Both the position numbers and the translations under genes were made by a program. The notes under the pieces were generated by a model. It ran no database searches and had not been told where the DNA came from. It saw nothing but the letters and a program-made list of their open reading frames with translations. 64,000 bases of DNA from positions 113,214-177,213 of the forward strand of contig JAVJRE010000005.1 in NCBI GenBank assembly GCA_040218575.1, given 5' to 3'. Each line of letters begins with the position of its first letter. Position 1 is the first letter of the stretch. Source of the stretch: Alphaproteobacteria bacterium. GTDB taxonomy: Bacteria > Pseudomonadota > Alphaproteobacteria > JAVJRE01. Positions 1 to 10,220 of this stretch are shown here, one piece after another.

Positions 1-39
1 CGCTGGCCATAGCCGGCCGGCGCCTGTAGCGGGTTCGTT

Positions 40-273
40 TTGCCGCATGCCGAACCGGGGAGGTTCATCCACGTGCAAGTCGTCGTCCGTGATAACAATG
101 TCGATCAGGCCCTGAAGGCGCTGAAAAAGAAGATGCAGCGCGAAGGCGTATTCCGCGAAATGAAGCTGCGCCGCAGCTATGAAAAGCCGTCCGAGCGTCG
201 GGCGCGGGAAAAGGCCGAAGCCATCCGGCGTGCCCGCAAGCTGGCCCGCAAGCGCGCCGAGCGCGAAAGCTAG
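40..273 (+). CDS. rpsU: 30S ribosomal protein S21
   Basis: 77 aa; sequence [32 protein letters not shown] is the characteristic S21 fold, with a basic C-terminus. Confidence 0.9.
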   Translation: MPHAEPGRFIHVQVVVRDNNVDQALKALKKKMQREGVFREMKLRRSYEKPSERRAREKAEAIRRARKLARKRAERES

Positions 274-330
274 ACCGCCGCGGCGCCGATCAGGCGCCGA
301 CCGATCCTCTTGTTCTGCCAGCTCTGACAT

Positions 331-357
331 ACCGCGCCCTCCGGCGCGGTTTTGTTC
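331..357 (+). terminator. Rho-independent terminator downstream of rpsU
   Basis: GC stem ACCGCGCC / GGCGCGGT with CTCC loop, followed by TTTGTT run. Confidence 0.55.
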
Positions 358-426
358 GTGAGGCTCACCCTGACCGCGCAAGCCGTCGCGACCGGGCCCG
401 CTATCCCTCACTCCAGGCCGGGCCTA

Positions 427-1818
427 CTAGCCCAGGGCCTTGACGATGTCCTCGCACATCTTCTTGGCGTCGCCGAACAGCATCATGGTGTTGTCACGGA
501 AGAACAACTCGTTCTCCACACCGGCATAGCCCGATGCCATGGACCGTTTGACAAAGAGCACCTGCTGCGCCTCCCACACGTGAAGGACGGGCATGCCATA
601 GATGGCGCTGGCCTCGTCATGCAGCGCCGCCGGGTTCGTCACATCATTGGCGCCGATGACAAAGACAACCTCGGTCTTGGCGAAGTCGCGATTGATTTCG
701 TCCAGCTCCAGCACTTCGTCATAGGGCACATTGGCTTCCGCCAGCAGGACATTCATATGTCCGGGCATCCGGCCGGCCACCGGATGAATGGCGTAGCGCA
801 CCTCTACCCCCTTCTCCTTGAGGATATCGGCCATCTCGCGTAAGGCGTGCTGGGCCTGAGCGACGGCCATGCCATAGCCCGGAACGACAATGACGGAAGC
901 GGCATTGGACAGGACGAAGGCGGCATCATCCGCCGCGCCCTGGTTGACGCTGCGGTCCTCACCGCCGGCGCTGGCCGCCGCCGCGGTCTCACCACCAAAG
1001 CCGCCAAGAATGACGCTGAGAAACGGCCGGTTCATGCCGCGGCACATGATGTAGCTTAGGATGGCGCCGGCCGAGCCGACCAGCGACCCGGTGATGATCA
1101 GCAGATCATTGCCAAGCGTAAAGCCGATGCCGGCGGCGGCCCAGCCGGAGTAGCTGTTCAGCATGGATATCACCACCGGCATGTCCGCGCCGCCGATGCG
1201 CACGATCATGGTGACGCCCAGCACCCCGGCAACGCCGACGATGGACCAGAAGGTCCAGCTTTCCCCGGCCATCACCAGCCACGCCACCATCGCGATAAGG
1301 CCGAGGCCGAGCAGGGCGTTCAGGGCATGCTGTGCCGGAAAAACCAGCGGCCGGCCACTGAGGATGCCTTGCAGCTTGCCGAAGGCGATGATCGAGCCGG
1401 TGAAGGTCATGGCGCCGATGGCGGTGCCGATGCTCATTTCAATCAGGCTGATGGTGTGAATATCGCCCACCACACCGATGTCAAAGCGCTGCGGCGCCAG
1501 GAAGGCCGCGGCGGCGACGAAGACGGCGGCAAGACCGACCAGGCTGTGGAACGCCGCCACCAGTTGCGGCAAGGCCGTCATCTTGATGCGCAGCGCGATC
1601 ACCGCCCCTATGGCGCCACCGATGGCAATGCCGAGGATGATCTCCACCAGGCTGACCACACCGGGCAGGGCCAGCGTCACGGCTATGGCAATGGCCATGC
1701 CAGAGATGCCGAGGACATTGCCGCGCCGGGCGGATTCCGGATGGGACAGCCCGCGCAGCGCGCCGATGAACAGCACGCCGGAGATGAGATAGCCAATGGC
1801 CGCGAGTTCGGGGGTCAT
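427..1818 (-). CDS. pntB: NAD(P) transhydrogenase subunit beta
   Basis: Polytopic membrane N-terminal half plus C-terminal NADP(H)-binding domain (GYGMAVAQAQH...VIGANDV). Start trimmed to the ATG at 1816-1818 (MTPELAAIGY), giving 464 aa. Confidence 0.9.
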   Translation of the reverse strand: MTPELAAIGYLISGVLFIGALRGLSHPESARRGNVLGISGMAIAIAVTLALPGVVSLVEIILGIAIGGAIGAVIALRIKMTALPQLVAAFHSLVGLAAVFVAAAAFLAPQRFDIGVVGDIHTISLIEMSIGTAIGAMTFTGSIIAFGKLQGILSGRPLVFPAQHALNALLGLGLIAMVAWLVMAGESWTFWSIVGVAGVLGVTMIVRIGGADMPVVISMLNSYSGWAAAGIGFTLGNDLLIITGSLVGSAGAILSYIMCRGMNRPFLSVILGGFGGETAAAASAGGEDRSVNQGAADDAAFVLSNAASVIVVPGYGMAVAQAQHALREMADILKEKGVEVRYAIHPVAGRMPGHMNVLLAEANVPYDEVLELDEINRDFAKTEVVFVIGANDVTNPAALHDEASAIYGMPVLHVWEAQQVLFVKRSMASGYAGVENELFFRDNTMMLFGDAKKMCEDIVKALG

Positions 1819-1823
1819 GGCCG

Positions 1824-2219
1824 TCAGTCGCGCTTGCGGCGACGGAACATGGCCAGCATGCGCTGGGTGACGATAAATCCGCCGAATATATTGACCGAAG
1901 CAAGAACCACCGCGGCCAAACCAAACCCTTTGGACAGGCCGAACTCCGCCGGGCCGGCGGCGATCAGGGCGCCAACGATGATGACGCTGGAGACGGCGTT
2001 GGTGACGCCCATCAGCGGCGAATGCAGCGCCGGCGTGACGCTCCACACCACGTAGTAGCCAACGATCACGGCCAGAACCAGAACGGTCAGACCGAAAAGC
2101 AGCGGATCACGGCCCGCCGCCTCGCCATGACCGCCCACCTGGGCCAGGAGCAACGTGGCCTCCGCCGGCAGTCGTGACAGCGTGTCGGCAACGCCGCCAA
2201 CCAGGATCGGATCAGCCAT
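1824..2219 (-). CDS. pntAB: NAD(P) transhydrogenase subunit alpha part 2 (membrane segment)
   Basis: Small hydrophobic protein ([20 protein letters not shown]) between pntAA and pntB. True start may lie internal to the ORF. Confidence 0.75.
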   Translation of the reverse strand: MADPILVGGVADTLSRLPAEATLLLAQVGGHGEAAGRDPLLFGLTVLVLAVIVGYYVVWSVTPALHSPLMGVTNAVSSVIIVGALIAAGPAEFGLSKGFGLAAVVLASVNIFGGFIVTQRMLAMFRRRKRD

Positions 2220-3390
2220 TGTGCGTCTCCTCGGATGGCGCCTTGGGCAGATAGTTGGGATGGACCACCTGACCGTCGCGGGTCAGCGCCGTGCCGGCGA
2301 CGATGGCATCGTCGGGATTGATCTTGAGCGCACCCGATTCGCGATCAATCAGCGAGGTCAGGAAATTGACCAGATTGCGGGCATAGAGCGCCGACGCATC
2401 CGCCGGCAACCGGCCCGGCACATTGCGGTGACCAATGATGGTGACGCCGTGCCGCTCCACCACAGCGCCGGCCTCGCTCAGCGCGCAGTTGCCGCCGGTC
2501 TCCACCGCCAGATCGACAATGACCGACCCCGGGCGCATAGAGCGCACCATGTCCTCGCTGACCAGCTTTGGCGCTGGCCGGCCGGGGATCGCCGCCGTGG
2601 TAATGACCACGTCCTGATCGCTGATGGTCTCGGCAATCAGGGCCTGCTGCTGCGCCTGATACTCGGCGCTCATTTCCCGGGCATAGCCGCCCGATGTTTC
2701 GGCCGCACGGGTCTCTTCCGACTCGACCATGACGAACGTGGCGCCAAGGCTTTCCACCTGCTCTTTGGCTACCGGCCGGACGTCCGTCGCCGAGACTACA
2801 GCGCCAAGACGCCGGGCCGTGGCGATGGCCTGCAGACCGGCGACGCCGGCCCCCATGACAAAGGCCTTTGCCGGATTGATCCGGCCCGCCGCCGTCATCA
2901 TCAGCGGAAAGGCCCGGCCAAAGGCGTGGGCTGCGTCGATAACCGCGCGATAGCCCGCCAGATTGGCTTGTGACGACAGGACGTCCATGGACTGCGCCCG
3001 GCTGATGCGCGGCATCCACTCCATGGCATAGGCGTCAATGCCGGCGGCGGCATAGGCTTTGGCCGGTTCGGCGCCGTCATAGGGGGACAGCAAGGCTACC
3101 AGCATGGCGCCGCGCTTCATCATGGCCAGTTCGTCGGGCGCACCCTCGTTCGCGGTCAGCGGTCGCTGCACCTTGAAGACGATATCGCCGGCGGCAAAAA
3201 GCTGTGCCGCATCCGCCACGACGGTGGCGCCGGCCTCTGCGTAGCTTTCGTCCGAAAATCCCGCGGAGGCGCCAGCGCCGGCCTCTACAGCGACCTCAAG
3301 GCCCAGGGAAATCAGGCGTCGCGCGGCATCGGGCACAATCGCGACCCGTGTTTCCCCGTCCCGTCGTTCTTTGGGAGCAACGACCTTCAT
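2212..3390 (-). CDS. pntAA: NAD(P) transhydrogenase subunit alpha part 1 (NAD(H)-binding, alanine dehydrogenase-like)
   Basis: [21 protein letters not shown] start at 3388-3390. Rossmann motif [12 protein letters not shown]. Overlaps pntAB by 8 bp. Confidence 0.9.
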   Translation of the reverse strand: MKVVAPKERRDGETRVAIVPDAARRLISLGLEVAVEAGAGASAGFSDESYAEAGATVVADAAQLFAAGDIVFKVQRPLTANEGAPDELAMMKRGAMLVALLSPYDGAEPAKAYAAAGIDAYAMEWMPRISRAQSMDVLSSQANLAGYRAVIDAAHAFGRAFPLMMTAAGRINPAKAFVMGAGVAGLQAIATARRLGAVVSATDVRPVAKEQVESLGATFVMVESEETRAAETSGGYAREMSAEYQAQQQALIAETISDQDVVITTAAIPGRPAPKLVSEDMVRSMRPGSVIVDLAVETGGNCALSEAGAVVERHGVTIIGHRNVPGRLPADASALYARNLVNFLTSLIDRESGALKINPDDAIVAGTALTRDGQVVHPNYLPKAPSEETHNG

Positions 3391-3521
3391 GCTGCGTGTG
3401 CACCAACGGTTTGTAGCCGGACCGACAGGGTAGAGGCGCCAACCGATGGGCCGTGACCTGCCTGTTTGACATACACGATCACGCCTTTGTTTCAAAGGCA
3501 GGCCGGCGCGTAACGGCGCCG

Positions 3522-4919
3522 TCAGAGAGGAGCGTCGACACCAGCAGATTTCATGGCCCGGGCCTGACGACGGGTCATGGATACCTCGGTATAGCCTTCG
3601 ATAAGGGACTCGAACAAAGCATGCCAGTTGAGCCGCGCACCCAGCCGCATGAACACCGACCCGAGACCAATTGCCGCACGATCCATGAAGACGAACTCCC
3701 GGGGCGGAGTCACCCCACCCTGCTGACGCAGGTCCCGATGGACTTGATTGGCGACGCGGGCGCCATAGACCCCCCGCTCGGCCTCGTCGCCTTCATTGAT
3801 GGTGCGCGGCCGGTCTTCCAGCAGCGGGCCATAGATGAAGTTGGCCCACAGATTGAGTGTGGCGATGGTCTGGCGCGACAGGCCGGTGAATCCCCAGGCC
3901 TCGTAGGCACTGACCGCTTTGGCTTCATCCCCATCGCGGATGGCCTCGTACAAGGCGATGACACCGCCGATGAACTTGCTCTCAAAGATGCGGATACAGC
4001 CAAAATCGAGCAGGTTGACGGAGCCATCGTCGCGCACGGTGTAGTTGCCGAGATGGGGGTCGCCATGCAGCACACCGAAGCGATAGAGCGGCACATACCA
4101 GCAGTGGAACAGGTTGTGGGCGATGGCGTTGCGTTTTGCCTGGCTGAGATCCACTGCATCCAGCAGTCGTCCGCCGTCCAGCCATGTCATGGTCAGCAGG
4201 CGACGGGTGGACAGCGCACCCACCACTTCCGGTACATGGACGCCGGCGACGTCCTTGAGCATCAGGCGATAGAGGTGGACGTGCGCCGCCTCCAGCTCAT
4301 AGTCCAGCTCTTCACGCAGGCGGGCGGCCAGTTCCTCCTGGATGTGGCTCATGTTCACGGCGCCGTCGGAGCGCTGATAGAGCGACAGGGCCAGACGCAA
4401 CTGATCGAGGTCCGCCTCCACAGCCGAACGCATATCGGGATATTGCAGCTTACAGGCCAGCAGCCGGCCATCGGGATGCACCGCTTTGTGGACCTGGCCC
4501 AGCGATGCCGCATGGGCCGCCTCATGGGAAAAAGACGCGAAACGTGATTGCCAGTCGCTACCGAGCTCCGCCGCCATGCGGCGGCGGACGAACGGCCAGC
4601 CCATGGGTGGCGCGTTGGACTGCAGCTCGGCGAACTGCACCGCATAGGAATCCGGCACCGCATTGGGAATTGTGGCGAGAAGCTGGGCCGCCTTCATGAG
4701 AGGACCCTTGAGGCCGCCCAATGCCGCGCGCAGGTCGCTGGCGTGACGATCCTGGTCGAGGCCGACGCCGAGATAGCGACTGGCCGCCAGCCGAGCCGCC
4801 AGACCGCCAACCGTGGTGCCGACCCGGGCATAGCGCATCAGACGACCACCCAGGCGGCTCTCATCCTCACGGTCGGGCGGCGGCGTCTCGCCCGAGCCGG
4901 CGCGTTTGCGCCCGCTCAT
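3522..4919 (-). CDS. ABC1/UbiB-family atypical protein kinase (AarF domain)
   Basis: Motifs HEAAHAASLGQVHKA, HGDPHLGNY and LDFGCI are typical of ABC1/ADCK kinases. 465 aa. Confidence 0.8.
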   Translation of the reverse strand: MSGRKRAGSGETPPPDREDESRLGGRLMRYARVGTTVGGLAARLAASRYLGVGLDQDRHASDLRAALGGLKGPLMKAAQLLATIPNAVPDSYAVQFAELQSNAPPMGWPFVRRRMAAELGSDWQSRFASFSHEAAHAASLGQVHKAVHPDGRLLACKLQYPDMRSAVEADLDQLRLALSLYQRSDGAVNMSHIQEELAARLREELDYELEAAHVHLYRLMLKDVAGVHVPEVVGALSTRRLLTMTWLDGGRLLDAVDLSQAKRNAIAHNLFHCWYVPLYRFGVLHGDPHLGNYTVRDDGSVNLLDFGCIRIFESKFIGGVIALYEAIRDGDEAKAVSAYEAWGFTGLSRQTIATLNLWANFIYGPLLEDRPRTINEGDEAERGVYGARVANQVHRDLRQQGGVTPPREFVFMDRAAIGLGSVFMRLGARLNWHALFESLIEGYTEVSMTRRQARAMKSAGVDAPL

Positions 4920-5437
4920 CTCTCGTCCCCGCTATGGCGCACGCGGTCAAACAGCAACAGGGTCTGCAGGCAGGCGGCTACATCGGCCCTGGGCTCGGCA
5001 TTTTTCTGCAACAGCTTCATGGCCCGCATACGCTGCACCAGGTCGCGCGCCGCCCGAACGTCGGGGTCCTTGTCGAACTGCCTGCCGCCCATGGCGACGG
5101 TCATCACCTTTTCAGCATTGCGCCGCCCTTCAGCGAAGGCCGCATCGGCCGCGCCGTGGAGCGCTTCGGCGCGGCCGGCCAGCCAGTCCCGGTCGCGGCC
5201 GGCGCATTCCTCAAGCACACTCAGCACCACTTCGCCCAGCGTCTCTTCGTCCAGCGAGCCGCCGGCCGCCAGCCGCGCGGCCATGGCCGCGGTGCCGCCC
5301 ATATAGCCGAAGACATAGGCATCGTCCCAGAATCCGTCCGGCAGGCCACCGGTACGGCGAAACGTATCGACCAGTGGCGCGACCGCCTGACGGGCGGCAG
5401 CGGCGGCATGTCCGCCGTCCGGGCCGGCAACCGCCAT
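4916..5437 (-). CDS. hypothetical protein (Ala/Asp/Glu-rich, 173 aa)
   Basis: High-GC3 ORF in native codon usage. Start overlaps the pepF stop (TGATG) and its stop overlaps the ABC1 kinase start (ATGA), indicating translational coupling. Confidence 0.55.
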   Translation of the reverse strand: MAVAGPDGGHAAAAARQAVAPLVDTFRRTGGLPDGFWDDAYVFGYMGGTAAMAARLAAGGSLDEETLGEVVLSVLEECAGRDRDWLAGRAEALHGAADAAFAEGRRNAEKVMTVAMGGRQFDKDPDVRAARDLVQRMRAMKLLQKNAEPRADVAACLQTLLLFDRVRHSGDER

Positions 5438-7224
5438 CAGTCAACCACCGTGGCGAACTCGTCGATCAGCCGGCTGACCGCGCCCAAGCCACCGCGCCAG
5501 AAGGCCGGATCCGCCGCGTCCAGGCCGAAAGGCGCCAGTAGCTCGCCATGACGCATGGACCCGCCGGCGCGCAGCAGATCGAGATATTTCGCGGCAAAGC
5601 CGTCGGGGGCGTCCTGATAGCGCTGATACAGCGCATTCACCAGACAGTCGCCGAAAGCATAGGCATAGACGTAGAAGGGCGTGTGCAGGAAGTGGGGAAT
5701 ATAGGCCCACATAGTGCGGTAGTCGTCATCAAGCCGGATGGCCGGACCCAGGCTCTCGCTCTGGGTTTCCATCCAAAGGGCGTCGATATCGTCAGCCGTC
5801 AGCTCACCGCTACGGCGGCGCTCATGCAGGCCTGTCTCGAACTGATGGAAAGCGATCTGGCGGACCACGGTGTTGAGCATGTCCTCGATCTTACCGGCCA
5901 GAAGGACGCGCCGACGCGCCGGGTCATCCTCTGCCGCCAGCAGCCGACGGAACACCAGCATTTCGCCGAAAACGCTGGCGGTTTCCGCCAGGGTCAGCGG
6001 TGTCTGGGAAAGGAAATAGCCCTGCCCTGCGGCCAGCACCTGATGACAGCCATGACCCAGTTCGTGGGCCAGGGTCATCAGGCTGCGCGGTTTGCCCTGA
6101 TAGCTCAACAGAACATAGGGGTGCACAGCCGGCACCGTGGGATGGGCAAAGGCACCACCGGCCTTGCCCGCTCGCACCTGGGCATCGATCCATCCGCCAT
6201 CAAAGAACCGCCCGGCGATATCCGCCAGCTCCGGTGCGAAAGCGCCATAGGCCTCCAGCACAAAGCGCCGCGCCTCGGGCCACGGGATCTGTCGCTCGCC
6301 GCCGGGCAGCGGGGCATTGCGATCCCACCAGGCGAGACGGTCCACACCGAACAGCGTCGCCTTCAGGCGGTAGTAGCGGTGGCTCAGTGCCTCGTAGGAA
6401 CCGGTCACCGCGCTGACCAGCGCATCCACCACCGGGTCTTCCACCTGATTGGCCAGATTGCGCGGCGATACCGGCCGCCCATAGTGGCGCCAGCCGTCTT
6501 CAATGGCCTTGTCCTTGGCCAGGGTATTGGTGATCAGGGCGAACAACCGGCGGCGCTCGCGCAGGGCCCCGGCGAAGGCCTGGCCGGCGGCCTGACGCCG
6601 TTCGGGGGCCGTATCGCTCAACCGTTCCAACACTTCGGTCTCAGGCAGACTCTCACCGTCCACCACCACCCGCATATCGGCCATCGTCTCGTCGAACAGA
6701 CGCGCCCAGGCGCTGCTGCCGGTGACCTGTTTGTCGTGCAGCAGACGTTCGAGATCATCCGCCAGGCTGTGCGGACGAAAGGTGCGCACCTGATCGAGCC
6801 ATGGCCGCCAGCGCGCCAGCGCGGGGTCGGCGACCATCCGCGTGAAGACCGCATCGTCAAGACGGTTGATTTCCAGCCGGAAGAAAACGAGACCCGCGGC
6901 TATGTCGGAGACCTGCTCGCGCAGGCGCTGTACCAAACGACCGGTCGCGGCGTCGCTGACATCGCCGGCAAAGGTCAGATCCGCATAAGCGCTTATGCGG
7001 CCGAGGCCTTCCTCGACCGCCTGCAGCGCGCCAATGGCCGATGCCAGACCGGCCGCGGACAGCCCGCCGAGACGACCGGCATAGCGATCCGCCAGCGCCT
7101 TTGCCCCGCTGGCCGCGGCCGTCAGAGCCGCCGCCAGGTCCGGCGATTCGGGGCCAGGAAACAGATCATCCAGACGCCACCGTGGCAGGTCGGTGCAAGG
7201 GGGTTTGTCTTTGCTGTCAGGCAT
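5437..7224 (-). CDS. pepF: M3-family oligoendopeptidase (PepF-like)
   Basis: HELGH zinc motif with downstream E. Start placed at MPDSKDK (ATG 7222-7224), giving ~596 aa. The rest of the 777-aa ORF is upstream read-through. Confidence 0.8.
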   Translation of the reverse strand: MPDSKDKPPCTDLPRWRLDDLFPGPESPDLAAALTAAASGAKALADRYAGRLGGLSAAGLASAIGALQAVEEGLGRISAYADLTFAGDVSDAATGRLVQRLREQVSDIAAGLVFFRLEINRLDDAVFTRMVADPALARWRPWLDQVRTFRPHSLADDLERLLHDKQVTGSSAWARLFDETMADMRVVVDGESLPETEVLERLSDTAPERRQAAGQAFAGALRERRRLFALITNTLAKDKAIEDGWRHYGRPVSPRNLANQVEDPVVDALVSAVTGSYEALSHRYYRLKATLFGVDRLAWWDRNAPLPGGERQIPWPEARRFVLEAYGAFAPELADIAGRFFDGGWIDAQVRAGKAGGAFAHPTVPAVHPYVLLSYQGKPRSLMTLAHELGHGCHQVLAAGQGYFLSQTPLTLAETASVFGEMLVFRRLLAAEDDPARRRVLLAGKIEDMLNTVVRQIAFHQFETGLHERRRSGELTADDIDALWMETQSESLGPAIRLDDDYRTMWAYIPHFLHTPFYVYAYAFGDCLVNALYQRYQDAPDGFAAKYLDLLRAGGSMRHGELLAPFGLDAADPAFWRGGLGAVSRLIDEFATVVD

Positions 7225-7302
7225 CAGGCTATATTCTGGCTGCGGACCACGGGACGCTGGACGGCCAGCGACGGTGCCGGGAGGACCGGGAATGGTGCCA
7301 TC

Positions 7303-9063
7303 GTGAAAGTAGAGGATTACGACGGCTGGACAAGCCTGCCGGCCATGTTCTTCGATCGCGCCGGCGCCATGGGCGATGCGCCGTTCGTGTGGCGCAAAAC
7401 GCAGGGTCGCTGGCAATCGCTGAGCTGGGCCGAGACGGCCGATCAGGTGCGCCGCCTGGCAGCGGGGCTTCGCCGCCTGGGAGTCGCGGCCGGCGACCGC
7501 GTGGTTCTGGTGGCGGAGAACCGGCCGGAGTGGCTGATAGCCGACCTGGCCATCATGAGCATCGGCGCCATTACCACACCGGCCTATACCACCAACACGT
7601 CCGACGACCACCGCCACATCCTGCAGGACAGTGGCGCCAGCGCGGCCATCGTCTCTTCGGCGCGCCTGGCCCACCGGTTGCTGCCCGCAGCCATCGCCGC
7701 GCCGGCGCTGGGCCACGTCATCGCCATGGAGGCGCCGGGACTGAAGCAGACCACCGGCGTCACCATCCATGACTGGGACCGGATTGTGGCCGATGGCGCG
7801 GCCGACGCCGACACCATTGCCGACGGTGTCCGGCAGATCAGCCGCGGTGACACCGCCTGCATCATCTACACATCAGGCACCGGCGGCGTGCCGAAGGGCG
7901 TGATGCTGAGCCATGGGGCGATTGTGTCCAATTGCAGCGGCGCCTTCGACCTGCTGCTGGCCCTGGGCCTGGACGATGAGGTCTTCCTCAGCTTTCTGCC
8001 GCTGAGCCATTCCTATGAGCACACCGCCGGCCAGTTCTTTCCCATCAGCATCTGTGCGCAGATCTATTATGCGGAAGGCATTGATGCCCTGAGCGCCAAT
8101 ATGGTGGAGGCGCGTCCGACCATCATGACGGCGGTACCGCGTCTCTATGAGACCATGCACCGGCGGATCAATGCGGCCATGGACCGCCAGGGCGGACTGA
8201 AAAAGAGACTGTTCGACCGGGCGCTGGCGCTGGGCCGGAAAAAGTTTCTCGATCCACGCTCACTGAGCCTCAGTGAACGGCTTACCAATCTGGTGCTGGA
8301 TCGCCTGGTGCGCCGCAAGGTGCAGCAGCGCTTCGGTGGCCGCCTCAAGGCCCTGGTGAGCGGCGGTGCGCCGCTCAATACGGAGATCGGCCTGTTCTTC
8401 TCGGCGCTGGGCCTGCGCCTGTTGCAAGGCTATGGCCAGACGGAGACGGCGCCGGTGGTGAGCTGCAACCGGCCCGACAGTGTCCGTATGGAATCGGTCG
8501 GCCCGCCGATTCAAGGGGCGGAGGTGCGCATTGCCGACGACGGCGAAATCCTGGTCCGCGGCGAACTGACCATGCAGGGTTATTGGAACAATCCGCAGGC
8601 GACGGCCGAAGTGTTGCGCGATGGCTGGATTCATACCGGCGACATTGGCCGACTGGATGACAGGGGCCGGATCGAAATCACCGACCGCAAGAAGGACATT
8701 ATCGTCAATTCCGGTGGCGACAACGTCTCGCCGCAGCGCATCGAGGGCATGCTTACCCTGCAGCCGGAGATCGCCCAGGCCATGGTCTATGGTGACCGTC
8801 GGCCGCATCTGGTGGCTTTGCTGGTGCCGGACGAAGAGTTCGTGGCGGGCCATGGCGACGGTGACCTGAAAGCGGCGCTGATGGAGGTGGTGGGCCGGGT
8901 CAATCGCGAACTGTCACCGGTCGAGCGGGTACGCGCTATCGCCGTCACCACCGATCCCTTCACCACTGAAAACGGTATGATGACGCCGTCACTGAAGATT
9001 CGGCGCCACGCCATTCGACAGGCCTATGGAGACCGTCTGGAGGCGCTGTACCGCCAGAGCTAA
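7303..9063 (+). CDS. long-chain acyl-CoA synthetase (AMP-dependent synthetase/ligase)
   Basis: AMP-binding motif IYTSGTGGVPKGVMLSH and the C-terminal ligase domain. It is the 3' part of an artefactual 1171-aa ORF. Start GTG 7303 (or ATG 7345), preceded by GGGAGGA. Confidence 0.8.
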   Translation: MKVEDYDGWTSLPAMFFDRAGAMGDAPFVWRKTQGRWQSLSWAETADQVRRLAAGLRRLGVAAGDRVVLVAENRPEWLIADLAIMSIGAITTPAYTTNTSDDHRHILQDSGASAAIVSSARLAHRLLPAAIAAPALGHVIAMEAPGLKQTTGVTIHDWDRIVADGAADADTIADGVRQISRGDTACIIYTSGTGGVPKGVMLSHGAIVSNCSGAFDLLLALGLDDEVFLSFLPLSHSYEHTAGQFFPISICAQIYYAEGIDALSANMVEARPTIMTAVPRLYETMHRRINAAMDRQGGLKKRLFDRALALGRKKFLDPRSLSLSERLTNLVLDRLVRRKVQQRFGGRLKALVSGGAPLNTEIGLFFSALGLRLLQGYGQTETAPVVSCNRPDSVRMESVGPPIQGAEVRIADDGEILVRGELTMQGYWNNPQATAEVLRDGWIHTGDIGRLDDRGRIEITDRKKDIIVNSGGDNVSPQRIEGMLTLQPEIAQAMVYGDRRPHLVALLVPDEEFVAGHGDGDLKAALMEVVGRVNRELSPVERVRAIAVTTDPFTTENGMMTPSLKIRRHAIRQAYGDRLEALYRQS

Positions 9064-10049
9064 GGCTGGCCGCCGTGATACTCGCGATACCAGGCGACAA
9101 AGCGCGGTATGCCGTCTTCGATAGAGGTGGTGGGGCGAAAGCCCACATCCCGGCTGATGGCGTCGATATCAGCATAGGTCTCGGCCACGTCGCCTGGCTG
9201 CATGGGTTTCATCTCCAGCTTTGCCGGGCGGCCGCAGGCACGCGCTATCAGATCAATGAAATGCAGCAGGTCTTCCGGCCGGTTGTTGCCGATGTTGTAG
9301 ACACGATGCGGCGCATCCCCGCCGGCCGGCCCGCCGCCGGCCGGAGGTGAATCGAGGCAGGCCAGAACCCCGGCAACGATGTCGTCGATATAGGTGAAGT
9401 CCCGCTTCATGCGGCCGTGGTTAAAGACCGCCAGAGGCTCGCCGGCGAGAATCCGCCGGGTGAAGATATAGGCGCTCATATCGGGGCGGCCCCACGGACC
9501 ATAGACCGTAAAGAAGCGCAGTCCCGTCATGGGAATTGCGAACAGATGGCTGTAGCTGTGGCTCATCAGCTCGTCCGCCCGCTTGGTGGCGGCATAAAGC
9601 GATACCGGACTGTCCACCCGGTCCTCCACGCTGAACGGTTGTTTGGTGTTACCACCATAGACCGATGACGAGCTGGCATAGACCATGTGCCGAAAGCCGG
9701 GCAGACGACGGGCCAGTTCCATGACCGTCAGATGGCCCAGCAGGTTGGCCTGGACATAGGCGTAGGGGTCTATGAGGGAGTGGCGCACACCGGCCTGTGC
9801 CGCCAGATGGACGATGCGGTCGACGCCGGCGGCCTCCAGACTCTCCATGGCCGCGCGATCGGCGATATCCAGCCGCTGAAAGCGAAAGCGCTCGTGATTG
9901 TGCAGCAGGGCAAGGCGCGACTCCTTAAGCCGCACATCGTAATAGGCGTTGAGATTGTCGAGACCGAGCACCGATTCGCCACGCTGCAGCAATGCCTCGG
10001 CCACATGAAAACCGATGAATCCGGCAGCGCCGGTGACGAGTATGGTCAT
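9060..10049 (-). CDS. NAD-dependent epimerase/dehydratase (UDP-glucuronate 4-epimerase-like)
   Basis: MTILVTGAAGFIGFH Rossmann start at 10047-10049. YASSSSVYG and YAATK catalytic motifs. Confidence 0.85.
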   Translation of the reverse strand: MTILVTGAAGFIGFHVAEALLQRGESVLGLDNLNAYYDVRLKESRLALLHNHERFRFQRLDIADRAAMESLEAAGVDRIVHLAAQAGVRHSLIDPYAYVQANLLGHLTVMELARRLPGFRHMVYASSSSVYGGNTKQPFSVEDRVDSPVSLYAATKRADELMSHSYSHLFAIPMTGLRFFTVYGPWGRPDMSAYIFTRRILAGEPLAVFNHGRMKRDFTYIDDIVAGVLACLDSPPAGGGPAGGDAPHRVYNIGNNRPEDLLHFIDLIARACGRPAKLEMKPMQPGDVAETYADIDAISRDVGFRPTTSIEDGIPRFVAWYREYHGGQP

Positions 10050-10220
10050 GATCTCTAGCCCCGTCTGATGGCCCGCCTGATGGCCCGGCTGCTCGCGACT
10101 GCTATAGCGTGTCAGCGCCTCCCGTTCATCCACCGGCGGCCGGTTTTCCAAAGACGATGGCGGAGGTTAGGCTGATTGCAGGATTGCACGAATCCAATGG
10201 CACAAACGGGAGGACAACTC

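Noticed and set aside
5548-9063. 1171-aa + strand ORF spanning the pepF antisense region and the acyl-CoA ligase
   Set aside because: The N-terminal ~580 aa are antisense to a well-supported M3 peptidase and have Arg/Gly/Pro-rich composition typical of high-GC read-through. Only the 3' part (from ~7303) carries ligase motifs.
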